Made by a program: the position numbers and the translations under genes. The notes under the pieces are model-generated. The model saw only the letters and a list, made by a program, of their open reading frames with translations, was not told where the DNA came from and ran no database searches. A stretch of DNA of 64,000 nt from Candidatus Dormiibacterota bacterium. Its GTDB lineage: Bacteria; Chloroflexota; Dormibacteria; Aeolococcales; Aeolococcaceae. Of the stretch, positions 47,063-56,679 are shown piece by piece. Position 1 is the stretch's first letter. Every line of letters starts with the position of its first letter. The stretch covers positions 197,571-261,570 of the forward strand of contig CAVWMH010000007.1 of NCBI GenBank assembly GCA_963756075.1, in the 5' to 3' direction.

Positions 47063-48316
47063 ATGAGCCTCGATGCCCTCGCCGGGGTCCCGCCGAGTCC
47101 CGGTCGGATGAACGTCGACTTCGAGGAGCGCGTCGACTTCACGCGGCTGCGCGCATACCGACTGTCGCGCGCACGTGCAGCGCTTGACGCCTCGGACCTG
47201 GGAGCCGTCCTCCTGTTCGATATCAACAACATCCGGTACGTCTCCGCGACGATGATCGGGGAGTGGGCTCGCGACAAGGTTGCGCGCTATGCGTTGCTGA
47301 CTCGAGGAGGCGATCCGATCGTCTGGGACTTCGGGTCCGCGGCTCGGCACCATCAGCTGTATGCGCCCTGGATCCGGCCGGAGAACAGCCGCGCCGGCAT
47401 GCTGGGTCTGCGCGGCGCGGTCGCGCCCGAGGCCGGTCTGATCACGCGTGCGGTGGCGGAAATTCAGTCGGAGCTCGCGGCCGCCGGCGTGGCGGACATG
47501 CCGCTTGGTGTCGACATCGCGGAGACGCCGATGCTGCTCGAGCTGCTCAGGGTTGGCATCGATGTCCGCGACGCGCAGCAGGTCATGCTCGATGCACGCC
47601 TCATCAAGTCACCCGATGAGATCGCCCTGCTCTCCACCGCCGCGGCGATGGTGGACGGCGTCTACCAGGACATCGCCGAGGCGTTGAAACCAGGGGTGCG
47701 CGAGAACGAGATTGTCGCGCTCGCCAACAAGCGCCTCTACGAGATGGGCTCAGACGATGTCGAGGCGATCAACGCCGTCTCGGGCGAGCGCTGCAACCCG
47801 CATCCGCACAATTTCTCGGATCGGCTGATCCGTCCCGGCGACCAGGCGTACTTCGACATCATCCAGTCCTTCAACGGCTATCGCACGTGTTACTACCGCA
47901 CGTTCGCCGTCGGTCGCTCGACTCCCGCGCAGCGCGATGCGTACGTGCGCGCTCGCGAGTGGATCGATGCGGCGATTGAGCTGGTTCGCCCGGGGACCAG
48001 CACGGATCAGATCGCGGAATTGTGGCCGGAGGCGAAGGACTTCGGGTTCCAGAGCGAGATGGCCGCGTTCGGGCTGCAGTTCGGCCACGGCCTCGGCCTC
48101 GGCCTGCACGAGCGGCCGATCATCTCCCGGCTCAATTCCCTCGAGCATCCCATCGAGCTCCGTGAGGGAATGGTCTTCGCGCTCGAGACGTACTGCCCCG
48201 CGACTGACGGCCAGTCGGCGGCGCGAATCGAGGAGGAGGTCGTGGTCACGGCAAGCGGCTGCTCGCTGCTGACCCTCTTTCCCGCCGAAGAGCTGTTTGT
48301 GACCAACAAGTATTAG
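47063..48316 (+). CDS. M24-family metallopeptidase (creatinase/prolidase fold; ectoine hydrolase DoeA-like)
   Basis: N-terminal creatinase_N-like domain and pita-bread fold with metal ligands in HGLGLGLHE and E...E. An AGGAGA RBS lies 6 nt before the ATG at 47063. Confidence 0.8.
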   Translation: MSLDALAGVPPSPGRMNVDFEERVDFTRLRAYRLSRARAALDASDLGAVLLFDINNIRYVSATMIGEWARDKVARYALLTRGGDPIVWDFGSAARHHQLYAPWIRPENSRAGMLGLRGAVAPEAGLITRAVAEIQSELAAAGVADMPLGVDIAETPMLLELLRVGIDVRDAQQVMLDARLIKSPDEIALLSTAAAMVDGVYQDIAEALKPGVRENEIVALANKRLYEMGSDDVEAINAVSGERCNPHPHNFSDRLIRPGDQAYFDIIQSFNGYRTCYYRTFAVGRSTPAQRDAYVRAREWIDAAIELVRPGTSTDQIAELWPEAKDFGFQSEMAAFGLQFGHGLGLGLHERPIISRLNSLEHPIELREGMVFALETYCPATDGQSAARIEEEVVVTASGCSLLTLFPAEELFVTNKY

Positions 48317-48353
48317 CCGGCATGCACGGACGATTCGAGAGGAGAGCAGAGAG

Positions 48354-49415
48354 ATGACGTCAACCACTGACGGTCCGGCCGTGACGGCGGGGCCGCCGGG
48401 GATCGACCCCGGGACGCTGCATCATCCCGAGGGCAGCGTCGACATTCCCACCCAACTGGCGCTGTACCGCCAGATGGTGCGGATGCGCAAGTTCGAAACC
48501 CGCGCCTACGACCTCTTCATGGAGAACCTGGTCAAGGGCACGAGCCATCTGTCCCTGGGCCAGGAGGCGATCGCCGCGGCCTTCGGCGAGGCGATGGAGG
48601 AGCAGGACTACACGTTCGCGACCTACCGCGGACACGCGCACACGCTGGCTCGGGGCAGCTCGATGACCGGTGTCATGGGCGAGCTGCTGGGCCGCACGTG
48701 CGGTCTGCTGTCGGGCAAAGGCGGCTCGATGCACCTGACCGATGTGAGCCATGGCGTCATGGGGTCGTACGCGATCGTCGGTGCGCACCTGACGATCGCG
48801 CTGGGGGCTGCGTGGTCGGCGCAATACCGTGGCGAGCGACGCGTCGCGGTCGCGTTCTTCGGCGACGGCACGACCAACATCGGCGCCTTCCACGAGTCGC
48901 TCAACCTCGCCGCGGTGTGGAAGCTTCCCGTGGTGTTCGTCTGCGAGAACAACATGTACATGGAGTACACGCCCATCCGCGCGGTCACCGCCGTCGCCAA
49001 CCCCGCCGCCGATCGTGCTGCCGCATACGGGCTGGACGGCATCCTCGTGGACGGCAACGACGCGGACGCGATGTACCTCACCGCGCGCGAGAGCCTCGAC
49101 CGCGCGCGCAACGGCGGCGGTCCCTCGCTGATCGAGGCTCGCACCTACCGCAGCTCCGGCCACTCGCGCGCCGATCCGGGCAAGTACCGGCCGGACGCCG
49201 AGGTCGCGGCCTGGAAGGGGTACGACCCGATCGTGCTCTACCGCACGCGGCTCATCGCCCGGGGCGTCAGCGAGGCGGACCTCGATGCGATCGAGGAGAC
49301 CGCCGACGGCGATGTCGAGACCGCGACGGTCAGCGCGAAGGCATCGCCTGCTCCAGGCGCGGACGACCTCATGCGCGATGTCTGGTCCGATGGGGGATGG
49401 TCATGGCGGAACTGA
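48354..49415 (+). CDS. Thiamine diphosphate-dependent 2-oxo acid / acetoin dehydrogenase E1 component alpha subunit
   Basis: TPP motif GDG(X)nN: VAFFGDGTTNIGAFHESLNLAAVWKLPVVFVCENN. Confidence 0.85.
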   Translation: MTSTTDGPAVTAGPPGIDPGTLHHPEGSVDIPTQLALYRQMVRMRKFETRAYDLFMENLVKGTSHLSLGQEAIAAAFGEAMEEQDYTFATYRGHAHTLARGSSMTGVMGELLGRTCGLLSGKGGSMHLTDVSHGVMGSYAIVGAHLTIALGAAWSAQYRGERRVAVAFFGDGTTNIGAFHESLNLAAVWKLPVVFVCENNMYMEYTPIRAVTAVANPAADRAAAYGLDGILVDGNDADAMYLTARESLDRARNGGGPSLIEARTYRSSGHSRADPGKYRPDAEVAAWKGYDPIVLYRTRLIARGVSEADLDAIEETADGDVETATVSAKASPAPGADDLMRDVWSDGGWSWRN

Positions 49416-50380
49416 CCTACCGCGACGCCGTCGCGCGGGCGATCACGCAGGAGATGGAGCGCGACCCCAGTGTCGTCTTCCTCGGCGAGGATGTCGGCGG
49501 CGCCGGGGGTGTGTTCAAGGCCACGGTCGGGCTGCTCGAGCGCTTCGGCCCCGAGCGGGTGCGCGACACGCCGATCTCCGAGCAGGCAATCCTCGGCGCG
49601 GCCATGGGGGCCGCGATGACCGGGCTCCGGCCGATCGCGGAGATCATGTTCGCGGACTTCTTCGCAGTGTGCTGGGATCTTGTTGCCAATCAGATCGCCA
49701 AGAGCTCGTACATGACCGCCGGCCAGGTGAGCTTCCCGCTCGTGGTCAGATCCGGCAACGGCGGCGGCCTTCGATTCGGGGCGCAGCACTCGCAGTCGGT
49801 CGAGAACTGGGCGATGGCGATACCTGGGCTCAAGGTCGTGGCGCCGTCGAATCCCACCGACGTCATCGGGCTCTTCGCCGCGGCGGTTCGGGACCCGGAC
49901 CCGGTGATGTTCTTCGAGCACAAGGGCCTGTACTCGAGCAAGGGCGAGGTCCCTGATGGCGAGATCGTCGATACCCTGGGGTCCGCGAAGGTGTTGCGAA
50001 GCGGGGCAGACGCAACCATCGTCGCCCTGGCCGCGATGGTGCCGCGCGCGGTGGCCGCCGCGGAGGTGCTCGCGCAGCGGGGGATCGAGGCGGGCGTGAT
50101 CGACGTGCGCAGCCTCGTGCCGCTCGACACACAGACGATCCTTCACGAGGTATCAGCGACCGGACGGCTCTTCACCGTCGAGGAGAATCCGCGCCTCTGC
50201 GGGTGGGGTGCCGAGCTCGTGTCGATTGTGGCCGAGGAGTGCTTCAATTACCTCGACGGGCCTCCGCTCCGCATTACGACGCCGCATATTCCGCTCCCAT
50301 CCGCAGACGCGCTCGAGGACATGGCGATCCCGTCGATCGAGCGCATCGTCACCATCATCGAGAGGGCAATGCAGTCATGA
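49403..50380 (+). CDS. 2-oxo acid / acetoin dehydrogenase E1 component beta subunit
   Basis: Transketolase-like pyrimidine-binding domain (DTPISEQAILGAAMG) and C-terminal domain. Overlaps the alpha-subunit gene by 13 nt. Confidence 0.85.
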   Translation: MAELTYRDAVARAITQEMERDPSVVFLGEDVGGAGGVFKATVGLLERFGPERVRDTPISEQAILGAAMGAAMTGLRPIAEIMFADFFAVCWDLVANQIAKSSYMTAGQVSFPLVVRSGNGGGLRFGAQHSQSVENWAMAIPGLKVVAPSNPTDVIGLFAAAVRDPDPVMFFEHKGLYSSKGEVPDGEIVDTLGSAKVLRSGADATIVALAAMVPRAVAAAEVLAQRGIEAGVIDVRSLVPLDTQTILHEVSATGRLFTVEENPRLCGWGAELVSIVAEECFNYLDGPPLRITTPHIPLPSADALEDMAIPSIERIVTIIERAMQS

Positions 50381-51837
50381 GCACCGTGCTTCGCGCCGAA
50401 GCCGTCGGCGCACCGACGCAATTGATGATCGCCGGTCGCTGGACCGACGCGTCCGACCACCAGACGTTCGATGTTGATGACCCCGCCACCGGCGAGGTCA
50501 TCGCGTCCGTTGCCAACGCCTCCGTCGAGGACGGGCTCGCCGCGGTCAGCGCCGCGTCAGCAGCGCTCCCCGGATGGGCGGCCACCCCGCCCCGCCAGCG
50601 CGCCGAGCTGCTTCGCCGCACGTTCGAGCTCATGACCGAACGTGCCGAGGATGTCGCGAGGCTCATCGTCAGAGAGAACGGCAAGGCCCTCCCCGACGCG
50701 CGGGGCGAGGTCGCGTACGCCGCGGAGTTCTTCCGGTGGTACGCAGAGGAGGCGGTGCGCGCCGAAGGCCACGTGCAGACCGCGCCCGCCGGGACCAACC
50801 GGATCCTTGTGCTGCGCCAGCCGATCGGTGTGAGCATCCTGATCACGCCGTGGAACTTTCCCGCTGCGATGGCGACACGCAAGATCGGACCGGCACTCGC
50901 TGCGGGATGCACGGTCGTCCTCAAACCTGCCTCCGACACGCCGCTCACCGCGCTGGCGATGGGGGCGCTGCTCATGGAAGCGGGCGTTCCCGCGGGCGTC
51001 GTCAACATCCTGCCGTCGCGGCGCTCCGGGCCGGTCGTGAACGCGATGCTGCACGACCCGCGGGTGCGCAAACTCTCGTTCACCGGATCCACCGAGGTGG
51101 GGCGCGGACTGCTGCAGCAGGCCGCCGACTGCATCGTGAACTGTTCCATGGAACTCGGCGGCAACGCGCCGTTCGTCGTGTTCGACGATGCGGACCTGGA
51201 GAGCGCAGTCGCCGGCGCGATGGTGGCAAAGATGCGCAATGGTGGGGAGGCGTGCACGGCGGCCAATCGATTCCTCGTGCAGCGTGGTATCGCCACAGAG
51301 TTCAGCAGGCGCCTGTCCGAGACGATGGGTGCACTTCGCGTCGGCCCGGGCCTCCAGGAGGGCACGCAGCTCGGCCCGCTCATCAACGCGGCCGGGCGCG
51401 ACAAGGTGGTGTCACTCGTGGCAGGCGCGGTTCGTGACGGTGCGCAGCTCACAGTCGGTGGAGCGGTTCCCGACGGGCCAGGGTTCTTCTACCCCGCGAC
51501 CGTGCTCGTGGATGTGCCGGCCGGCGCAGCCATCCTGCGTGAAGAGGTCTTTGGACCGGTCGCGCCTGTGGTTGTCTTCGACACGGAAGAGGAAGCTGTG
51601 GCGCTGGCGAATGACACCGAGTACGGGCTCGTCGCCTACGTGTACACGCGCGACCTGCAGCGTGGGTTGCGCTTCAGCGAAGCGCTCGAGTCCGGCATGG
51701 TCGGTCTCAACCGTCCGCTCGTCTCTGACCCCGCGGCACCCTTCGGTGGTGTCAAACAGAGCGGCCTCGGTCGCGAGGGTGGCCACGACGGTCTGCTCGA
51801 GTTCATGGAGAGCAAGTACATCGCCGTGACCTGGTGA
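50377..51837 (+). CDS. gabD: NAD(P)-dependent aldehyde dehydrogenase, succinate-semialdehyde dehydrogenase (GabD)-like
   Basis: ALDH catalytic motifs: NCSMELGGNAP (catalytic Cys region CTAANR) and EEVFGPV. ATG overlaps the E1 beta stop. Confidence 0.8.
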   Translation: MSTVLRAEAVGAPTQLMIAGRWTDASDHQTFDVDDPATGEVIASVANASVEDGLAAVSAASAALPGWAATPPRQRAELLRRTFELMTERAEDVARLIVRENGKALPDARGEVAYAAEFFRWYAEEAVRAEGHVQTAPAGTNRILVLRQPIGVSILITPWNFPAAMATRKIGPALAAGCTVVLKPASDTPLTALAMGALLMEAGVPAGVVNILPSRRSGPVVNAMLHDPRVRKLSFTGSTEVGRGLLQQAADCIVNCSMELGGNAPFVVFDDADLESAVAGAMVAKMRNGGEACTAANRFLVQRGIATEFSRRLSETMGALRVGPGLQEGTQLGPLINAAGRDKVVSLVAGAVRDGAQLTVGGAVPDGPGFFYPATVLVDVPAGAAILREEVFGPVAPVVVFDTEEEAVALANDTEYGLVAYVYTRDLQRGLRFSEALESGMVGLNRPLVSDPAAPFGGVKQSGLGREGGHDGLLEFMESKYIAVTW

Positions 51838-51838
51838 C

Positions 51839-51972
51839 GTCCGCGATCTCCCGTGGTGCACCGCTGTGACGTTTGACCCTAGCGGGCTTTCCAGCCTGAC
51901 GGGCATGCTTGTCGGCAGCGTCTCCAACAAGCTCATCCACGTGGCGAAGATGCCCATCATGGTGGCTCACTA
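51839..51972 (+). pseudogene. Universal stress protein (UspA) C-terminal fragment, no start codon
   Basis: The reading frame DPSGLSSLTGMLVGSVSNKLIHVAKMPIMVAH* matches the conserved UspA C-terminus (G.RG..LLGSV..KV..HA.CPVLVV). The upstream part of the domain is absent. Confidence 0.3.
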
Positions 51973-52130
51973 GCGAAAAGGCGCGCGGCGCCTTCGCCTT
52001 CTGGGACCGCAGCAGGCGGCTGCGATCCCAGGCATGAGGCCTAAGGTCACACCCGTTCGAGGCGCTTCGGCACTTGTCGCCGGGTACCAGCCGGTGCGAC
52101 GGTGACCGTGTGATCAACACCCCTAGACAC

Positions 52131-53366
52131 GTGATGATTCTCGGTGGCGGAACCGGTGGGACGATCACCGCGAACCGCCTCCGACGCACCTTGCCGGCTT
52201 CGGTCGACATCACGGTTGTCGACAGCAACAACGATCACGTCTATCAGCCGGGGTTGCTGTTCGTGCCCTTCGGGTTGTCCGAGGCTGACCATCTGATTCG
52301 ACCACGGGATCGTCAGCTCCACCACGGCATCGACTACGTGGATGCCGTGATCGAGCGCGTCGACGTCGGCGAGGCAATGGTGCACTTCGTTGGCGGCCGC
52401 TCCGCTGCCTACGACGTGCTCGTCGTCGCGACCGGCGCCGTGCTGCTGCCCGAGGAGACCGAGGGGCTCGATCTGTCCGGCGGCGCAGCAAACCTGTTCA
52501 CCTTCTATTCGCTGGACGGAGCTCGCGCCCTGCGCGATGCGCTCGCGGCATTCGCCGGCGGACGCATCGTGGTGAACGTCGTCGACATGCCGATCAAGTG
52601 CCCCGTGGCGCCGCTCGAGTTCTGTTTCCTGGCGGACTGGTTCTTCCGGGAGCGCGGCACACGCAAGGACGTGGAGCTGACATACGTCACGCCGCTCGAC
52701 GGCGTGTTCACCAAGCCTGTCGCCTCAAAGCAACTCGGTGAGCTCCTCGCAGCCAAGGGAATCAGGGTCGAGACCGAGTTCAACACTGGGAAGACTGACG
52801 GGGACGCGGGGAAGCTTGTTTCGTACGACGATCGAGAGGTTCCCTTCGACCTCGCGGTGGTGGTGCCGCTCCACGGTGGCGCCGCGTACGTCGGCCGCTC
52901 CGACGGGCTCGGGGACGAGCTGAACTTCATTCCGACCGATCCACAAACATTGCAGTCCAACGTCGCGCCAAACATCTTCGTGATCGGAGATGCCGCGGGG
53001 CTGCCCGTCTCGAAGGCCGGTTCGGTAACGCACTTCGAGGGCGAGGTGCTGACCGAGAACGTTCGCCGGTTCCTCGCGGGCGAGCAGCTCGATGCAACCT
53101 ACGACGGCCATGCGAACTGCTTCATCGAAACCGGGTTCGGGAAGGCGGTGCTGATCGATTTCAACTACGACACCGAGCCGCTCCCCGGCCACTATCCCGG
53201 CCCCGTCGGGCTCCCGCTGCTCAAGGAATCCCACCTGAACCACCTCGGCAAGCTGATGTTCGAGTGGTTCTACTGGCACGCGTTGCTCCCTGGGTATTCC
53301 ATTCCAGGGATTTCGTCAGAGATGCCCGCCGCGGGCAAGCACCACGCAACCCTGGTGCAGGGTTAG
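52131..53366 (+). CDS. Sulfide:quinone oxidoreductase-like FAD-dependent pyridine nucleotide-disulfide oxidoreductase
   Basis: ILGGGTGG FAD motif, HVYQPGLLFVPFG, Cys-containing MPIKCPVAPLEF, and C-terminal NIFVIGDAAGLP, consistent with SQR rather than NDH-2. Confidence 0.75.
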   Translation: MMILGGGTGGTITANRLRRTLPASVDITVVDSNNDHVYQPGLLFVPFGLSEADHLIRPRDRQLHHGIDYVDAVIERVDVGEAMVHFVGGRSAAYDVLVVATGAVLLPEETEGLDLSGGAANLFTFYSLDGARALRDALAAFAGGRIVVNVVDMPIKCPVAPLEFCFLADWFFRERGTRKDVELTYVTPLDGVFTKPVASKQLGELLAAKGIRVETEFNTGKTDGDAGKLVSYDDREVPFDLAVVVPLHGGAAYVGRSDGLGDELNFIPTDPQTLQSNVAPNIFVIGDAAGLPVSKAGSVTHFEGEVLTENVRRFLAGEQLDATYDGHANCFIETGFGKAVLIDFNYDTEPLPGHYPGPVGLPLLKESHLNHLGKLMFEWFYWHALLPGYSIPGISSEMPAAGKHHATLVQG

Positions 53367-53378
53367 AGGAGGTACCAA

Positions 53379-53695
53379 TGTCAGTCGCGGCACTTCAACT
53401 CACCGATCTCGACCTCAACGAGGAGGGCTTCTTCCTGCATCCCGAGGACTGGAAGGAGGAGATGGTCCCCGCGCTCGCTGCGCGCGAGGGGATCACTCAG
53501 TTGACCGATCGCCATTGGCAGGTCATACGTTTCATGCGCAGTGAGTACTTCGAAAAGGGAACAGGTCCGACGGTGCGCGTGCTCGGCAAGACGTCGGGGG
53601 TGAGCATCAAGGAGTTGTATCAGCTCTTCCCCAAGGGGCCCGCGAAAGTGGCGGCACGTATCGCCGGCATCCCCAAGCCTCGCGGCTGCATCTGA
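53379..53695 (+). CDS. TusE/DsrC-family sulfur relay protein (single C-terminal Cys, TusE-like)
   Basis: 105 aa ending ...AGIPKPRGCI, the family-defining C-terminal arm. An AGGAGG RBS lies 7 nt upstream. Confidence 0.8.
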
Positions 53696-53727
53696 ATGCT
53701 GCAAGTCTGTTGTTTCGAAGGAGATAC

Positions 53728-54243
53728 ATGATGGCCACTGCAACCCTGCTTCCGACGACCGAACCCGCGACCTACATGCCCGCGACCATCGACAAGGTGT
53801 CGATCGTCATTTCCAAGGGGTCGCTGGACGGGATCTACCCGGGACTGATCATGGCCAATGGTGCCCGCGCCGAAGGTATTACGGCCAATCTTTTCTTCAC
53901 GTTCTTCGGCCTCGATGCCATCCACAAGACGCGACACGAGCACATCAAGATCGCGACCGTCGGGAATCCCGGACTGCACCTGGTGACCTGGCTCGGAGGC
54001 ATCCCCGGCATGTCGTCGGTGATGACCCACTATCTCGGGTCCAAGATGGAGAAGCTCGACATTCCGTCGATTCCAGAGTTCATCGAGATGATCGCCGACA
54101 CTGGGTGCGGGCTCTACGCGTGCAAGGCGTCTGTCGACCTGTTCGGGCTCACGAAGGATGACTTCATCCCGCAGGTGCAGGACATCATCACCGTCGGCGA
54201 GTTCTATGAGAGGGCCGCAGGTGGCCACATCGTCTTCACCTGA
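53728..54243 (+). CDS. DsrE/DsrF-like family protein (DsrE2-type)
   Basis: KVSIVISKGSLDG...ANLFFTFFGLDAI...CGLYACKASVDLFGL..DFIPQV resembles DsrE2-like proteins of sulfur-trafficking clusters. AAGGAG RBS present. Confidence 0.7.
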   Translation: MMATATLLPTTEPATYMPATIDKVSIVISKGSLDGIYPGLIMANGARAEGITANLFFTFFGLDAIHKTRHEHIKIATVGNPGLHLVTWLGGIPGMSSVMTHYLGSKMEKLDIPSIPEFIEMIADTGCGLYACKASVDLFGLTKDDFIPQVQDIITVGEFYERAAGGHIVFT

Positions 54244-54790
54244 AGCAGCGCACGAGCTGACCGTCGTCTGGGCCGGCGGCGATCGCCACCGCGTCACGGT
54301 TCGAGGCCACCAGTTGCTGGTGGACCAGTCCCGTGGCGATGGCGGCGACGACGCCGGGCCGACCCCGGTCGAGCTGTTCATCGCATCGCTCGCCTCCTGC
54401 ATCGGACACTACGCGCGCCGCGGGCTCGGCCCTTCGGGGGGAGGGCCGGTGGTTGGCTGCACGTGGACGATGAGCGATGTCGCCCCTTGGCGAGTTACGC
54501 GCATCGATGTCCATGTCCGTCTTCCACACGGCACATCGGCCGATCGCCTTGCTGCGGTCGAGCGCGCGATTGCTCATTGCACAGTCCACAACACGCTGCT
54601 GGATCTCCCGATGATCCGGATCACGGCGGAGATTCCGGCACTGGCCTTACCGGGCTCCGAGCTGATTCCTGCCCGCTCTCCGGACGTCAATCGGCTGAGG
54701 TCTTCCTTGCTTGTGAGGCGGCCGCATCGTAGCCGGCAGCTACACATTGGTACTACCGGGGATGCCCTCCGAGGCGAGCAGGCGAGGTAG
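54221..54790 (+). CDS. OsmC/Ohr-family protein (C-terminal about 50 residues atypical)
   Basis: GPTPVELFIASLASCIGHYA and AIAHCTVHNTL are the two OsmC Cys motifs. The start is GTG 54221 or ATG 54206, overlapping the DsrE gene end. Confidence 0.7.
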   Translation: MATSSSPEAAHELTVVWAGGDRHRVTVRGHQLLVDQSRGDGGDDAGPTPVELFIASLASCIGHYARRGLGPSGGGPVVGCTWTMSDVAPWRVTRIDVHVRLPHGTSADRLAAVERAIAHCTVHNTLLDLPMIRITAEIPALALPGSELIPARSPDVNRLRSSLLVRRPHRSRQLHIGTTGDALRGEQAR

Positions 54791-55016
54791 ACTGGAAGCG
54801 TCTAGAAAGGAAACCCCAGATGGCCTGGATTTGGTGGCAGCAGCGTCGTGCAGACCACGCTGAGAGCCGGTCGATCAAGTCGTATCTGCAGCAGCGAGAC
54901 GCGTCCCGCGTGATGTGGGATGTGGTTGTCGAGGCGAGGCGGGAGGCGGAGTCGCGCCTGCGTCTTGAGGCAGCCCTTCAAGCGCACCGGGTCTGACCGC
55001 AATTCCCCGGGCGGGA

Positions 55017-55721
55017 TTGCTGGGGCTCGTCGGGGGCGATGAGTTTCATCCCGGCAACGAACCGCAGGACGCGCTGCTTGCAGATGCTTCGCGCGGCCCC
55101 GCGTATGTCGTCGCCACCGCGGCGGCGCGATCGCGCCCCGAGATGGCCGTCCACCATGCACAGGCGTGGTTTGGTCGATTCGGGTTGGACCTCGTCGAGC
55201 TGGCCGTCTACACGAAGACGCAGGCGCGTGACACGACGCTTGCGGAAGCCGCTGCACGAGCCGGGTTCTGCTACCTCCCGGGCGGCGATCCCGGGCTGGT
55301 TGCGTCGGTACTCAGGGACACCCCGGTCGGCAACGCGATCATCAGCGCCTGGAGGAATGGCGCTGCGCTGGCAGGCTCCTCAGCGGGAGCGATGGCGCTC
55401 TGCGACGCAACGCTGGTCCGTCAAGCGTTCCCGGGGCACACGGATCGCCGCGCCCTGCCGGGTCTCGACGTCGTCCACGGAGCGGCTGTGCTCCCGCATC
55501 ACGACACCTTTGGCGCGAAGTGGTATCCCTCGGCGCGCGCCGCGCTGCCCGACGCCGTGCTGGTCGGCATCGACGAGCGGACATGCGCACTCTGGGATTC
55601 CGGAGCGTGGCGATGCCTGGGCGCGGGTGGCGTCACGCTGTACGTTCCCGGGAGTGCTCCCGTTCGGGCGACGTCAGGAGCGCTCGAAGGGATCCCTCAG
55701 CCAACGCTGGTTGGTCGTTGA
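55017..55721 (+). CDS. Peptidase S51 family protein (cyanophycinase / dipeptidase E-like, class I glutamine amidotransferase fold)
   Basis: YLPGGDP...AGSSAGAMAL nucleophile region typical of S51. TTG start. Confidence 0.65.
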   Translation: MLGLVGGDEFHPGNEPQDALLADASRGPAYVVATAAARSRPEMAVHHAQAWFGRFGLDLVELAVYTKTQARDTTLAEAAARAGFCYLPGGDPGLVASVLRDTPVGNAIISAWRNGAALAGSSAGAMALCDATLVRQAFPGHTDRRALPGLDVVHGAAVLPHHDTFGAKWYPSARAALPDAVLVGIDERTCALWDSGAWRCLGAGGVTLYVPGSAPVRATSGALEGIPQPTLVGR

Positions 55722-55743
55722 CCCCCGTCTCGACCGGAGGCGG

Positions 55744-56439
55744 TTAGCTCGCGCGCTGGCGCTCGGTCCGGAATCGATCGACGGCCATGAAGATGCTCTC
55801 GTCGAGCCACTGATAAAACCGCTGCCGCTGCGCGGTATCGGTGGCCATGTCGGTCTCCTCGCTGCGGCGCACGATCCAGGGGGGGACGCCATCCGCGATC
55901 ACGCCACTGCCGACATGCACGCGGACCAGGGTGTCGTTCTCCTCGAGGACCTGAATGGTGACCTTGAGGATCAGACCGGTGTGATCCACGAGCCGCCAGC
56001 TCTGCTCCCAGCGCGCCTTCCGATTGAAGTCGCGCGCAACGTGCACCGTGTCGTCGGCGATGACGCTCTCGCCCGTTCGAGCCGCGCCGGTGAGCAGCCT
56101 GCGGACATTGGCGTCAAGGTCTCGTGCGACCCAGCTCACCAATGACGGTGCCCGGTTGTCGATATCCGGTAATCCGCCGCTCGGTGTGGCCTCGGAGCCC
56201 ACGGCGCGCACCACCCCGGCGTGACGCCGGCAGTAGAACTTTCCACCCGCGCTGACGCCGTGTTCGGGACAGTAGGCGGCTCCACACGCGCGTCCGCGCC
56301 CGTCGCGGTAGGCGCAGGGCAGCGCAGTATCGTTCGTGCACTCCGGGCGCGTGCAGACAACTCCCGTACTCGCTGCGACCAGCGGGGCCGGTGGTTCTGC
56401 GGGCTCCTGGGGACGGTTTCGGCGGAAGAGCTGGCTCAC
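55744..56439 (-). CDS. Hypothetical protein with N-terminal Cys/His-rich putative metal-binding region
   Basis: CTRPECTNDTALPCAYRDGRGRACGAAYCPEHGVSAGGKFYCRRHAG (7 Cys, 2 His in 47 residues). The remainder has no recognisable motif. Divergent from mntH. Confidence 0.5.
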   Translation of the reverse strand: MSQLFRRNRPQEPAEPPAPLVAASTGVVCTRPECTNDTALPCAYRDGRGRACGAAYCPEHGVSAGGKFYCRRHAGVVRAVGSEATPSGGLPDIDNRAPSLVSWVARDLDANVRRLLTGAARTGESVIADDTVHVARDFNRKARWEQSWRLVDHTGLILKVTIQVLEENDTLVRVHVGSGVIADGVPPWIVRRSEETDMATDTAQRQRFYQWLDESIFMAVDRFRTERQRAS

Positions 56440-56679
56440 GGAACTAATGAAGCGCAGGCCGCCGCCCTGCGGACGCTGTTGTCCGACACCTCGCGAAACG
56501 GCGTTACACGCCGGTGACGGCGAAACGATGTCCGCCGTCCATCAGCGACGCAATCTGCTAGTCTTGCTATAACGTTTACTTAGCGAGGAACCGTCAGGAA
56601 CCCACAAAGGAGCCTGGGCTACGAGTTCTGGCGCGCGGCGTCGAGGCGGCCTGGCAGCGTAGGAGCATCCCACAACCCC

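Noticed and set aside
45454-47277. 607-aa minus-strand ORF
   Set aside because: It overlaps livF, the alpha/beta hydrolase and the M24 peptidase on the opposite strand. No motifs, with antisense composition.
54820-54996. 58-aa ORF (MAWIWWQQRRADHAESRSIK...) between the OsmC and S51 genes
   Set aside because: Below the ORF-track threshold. No RBS or motif support. Left uncalled.
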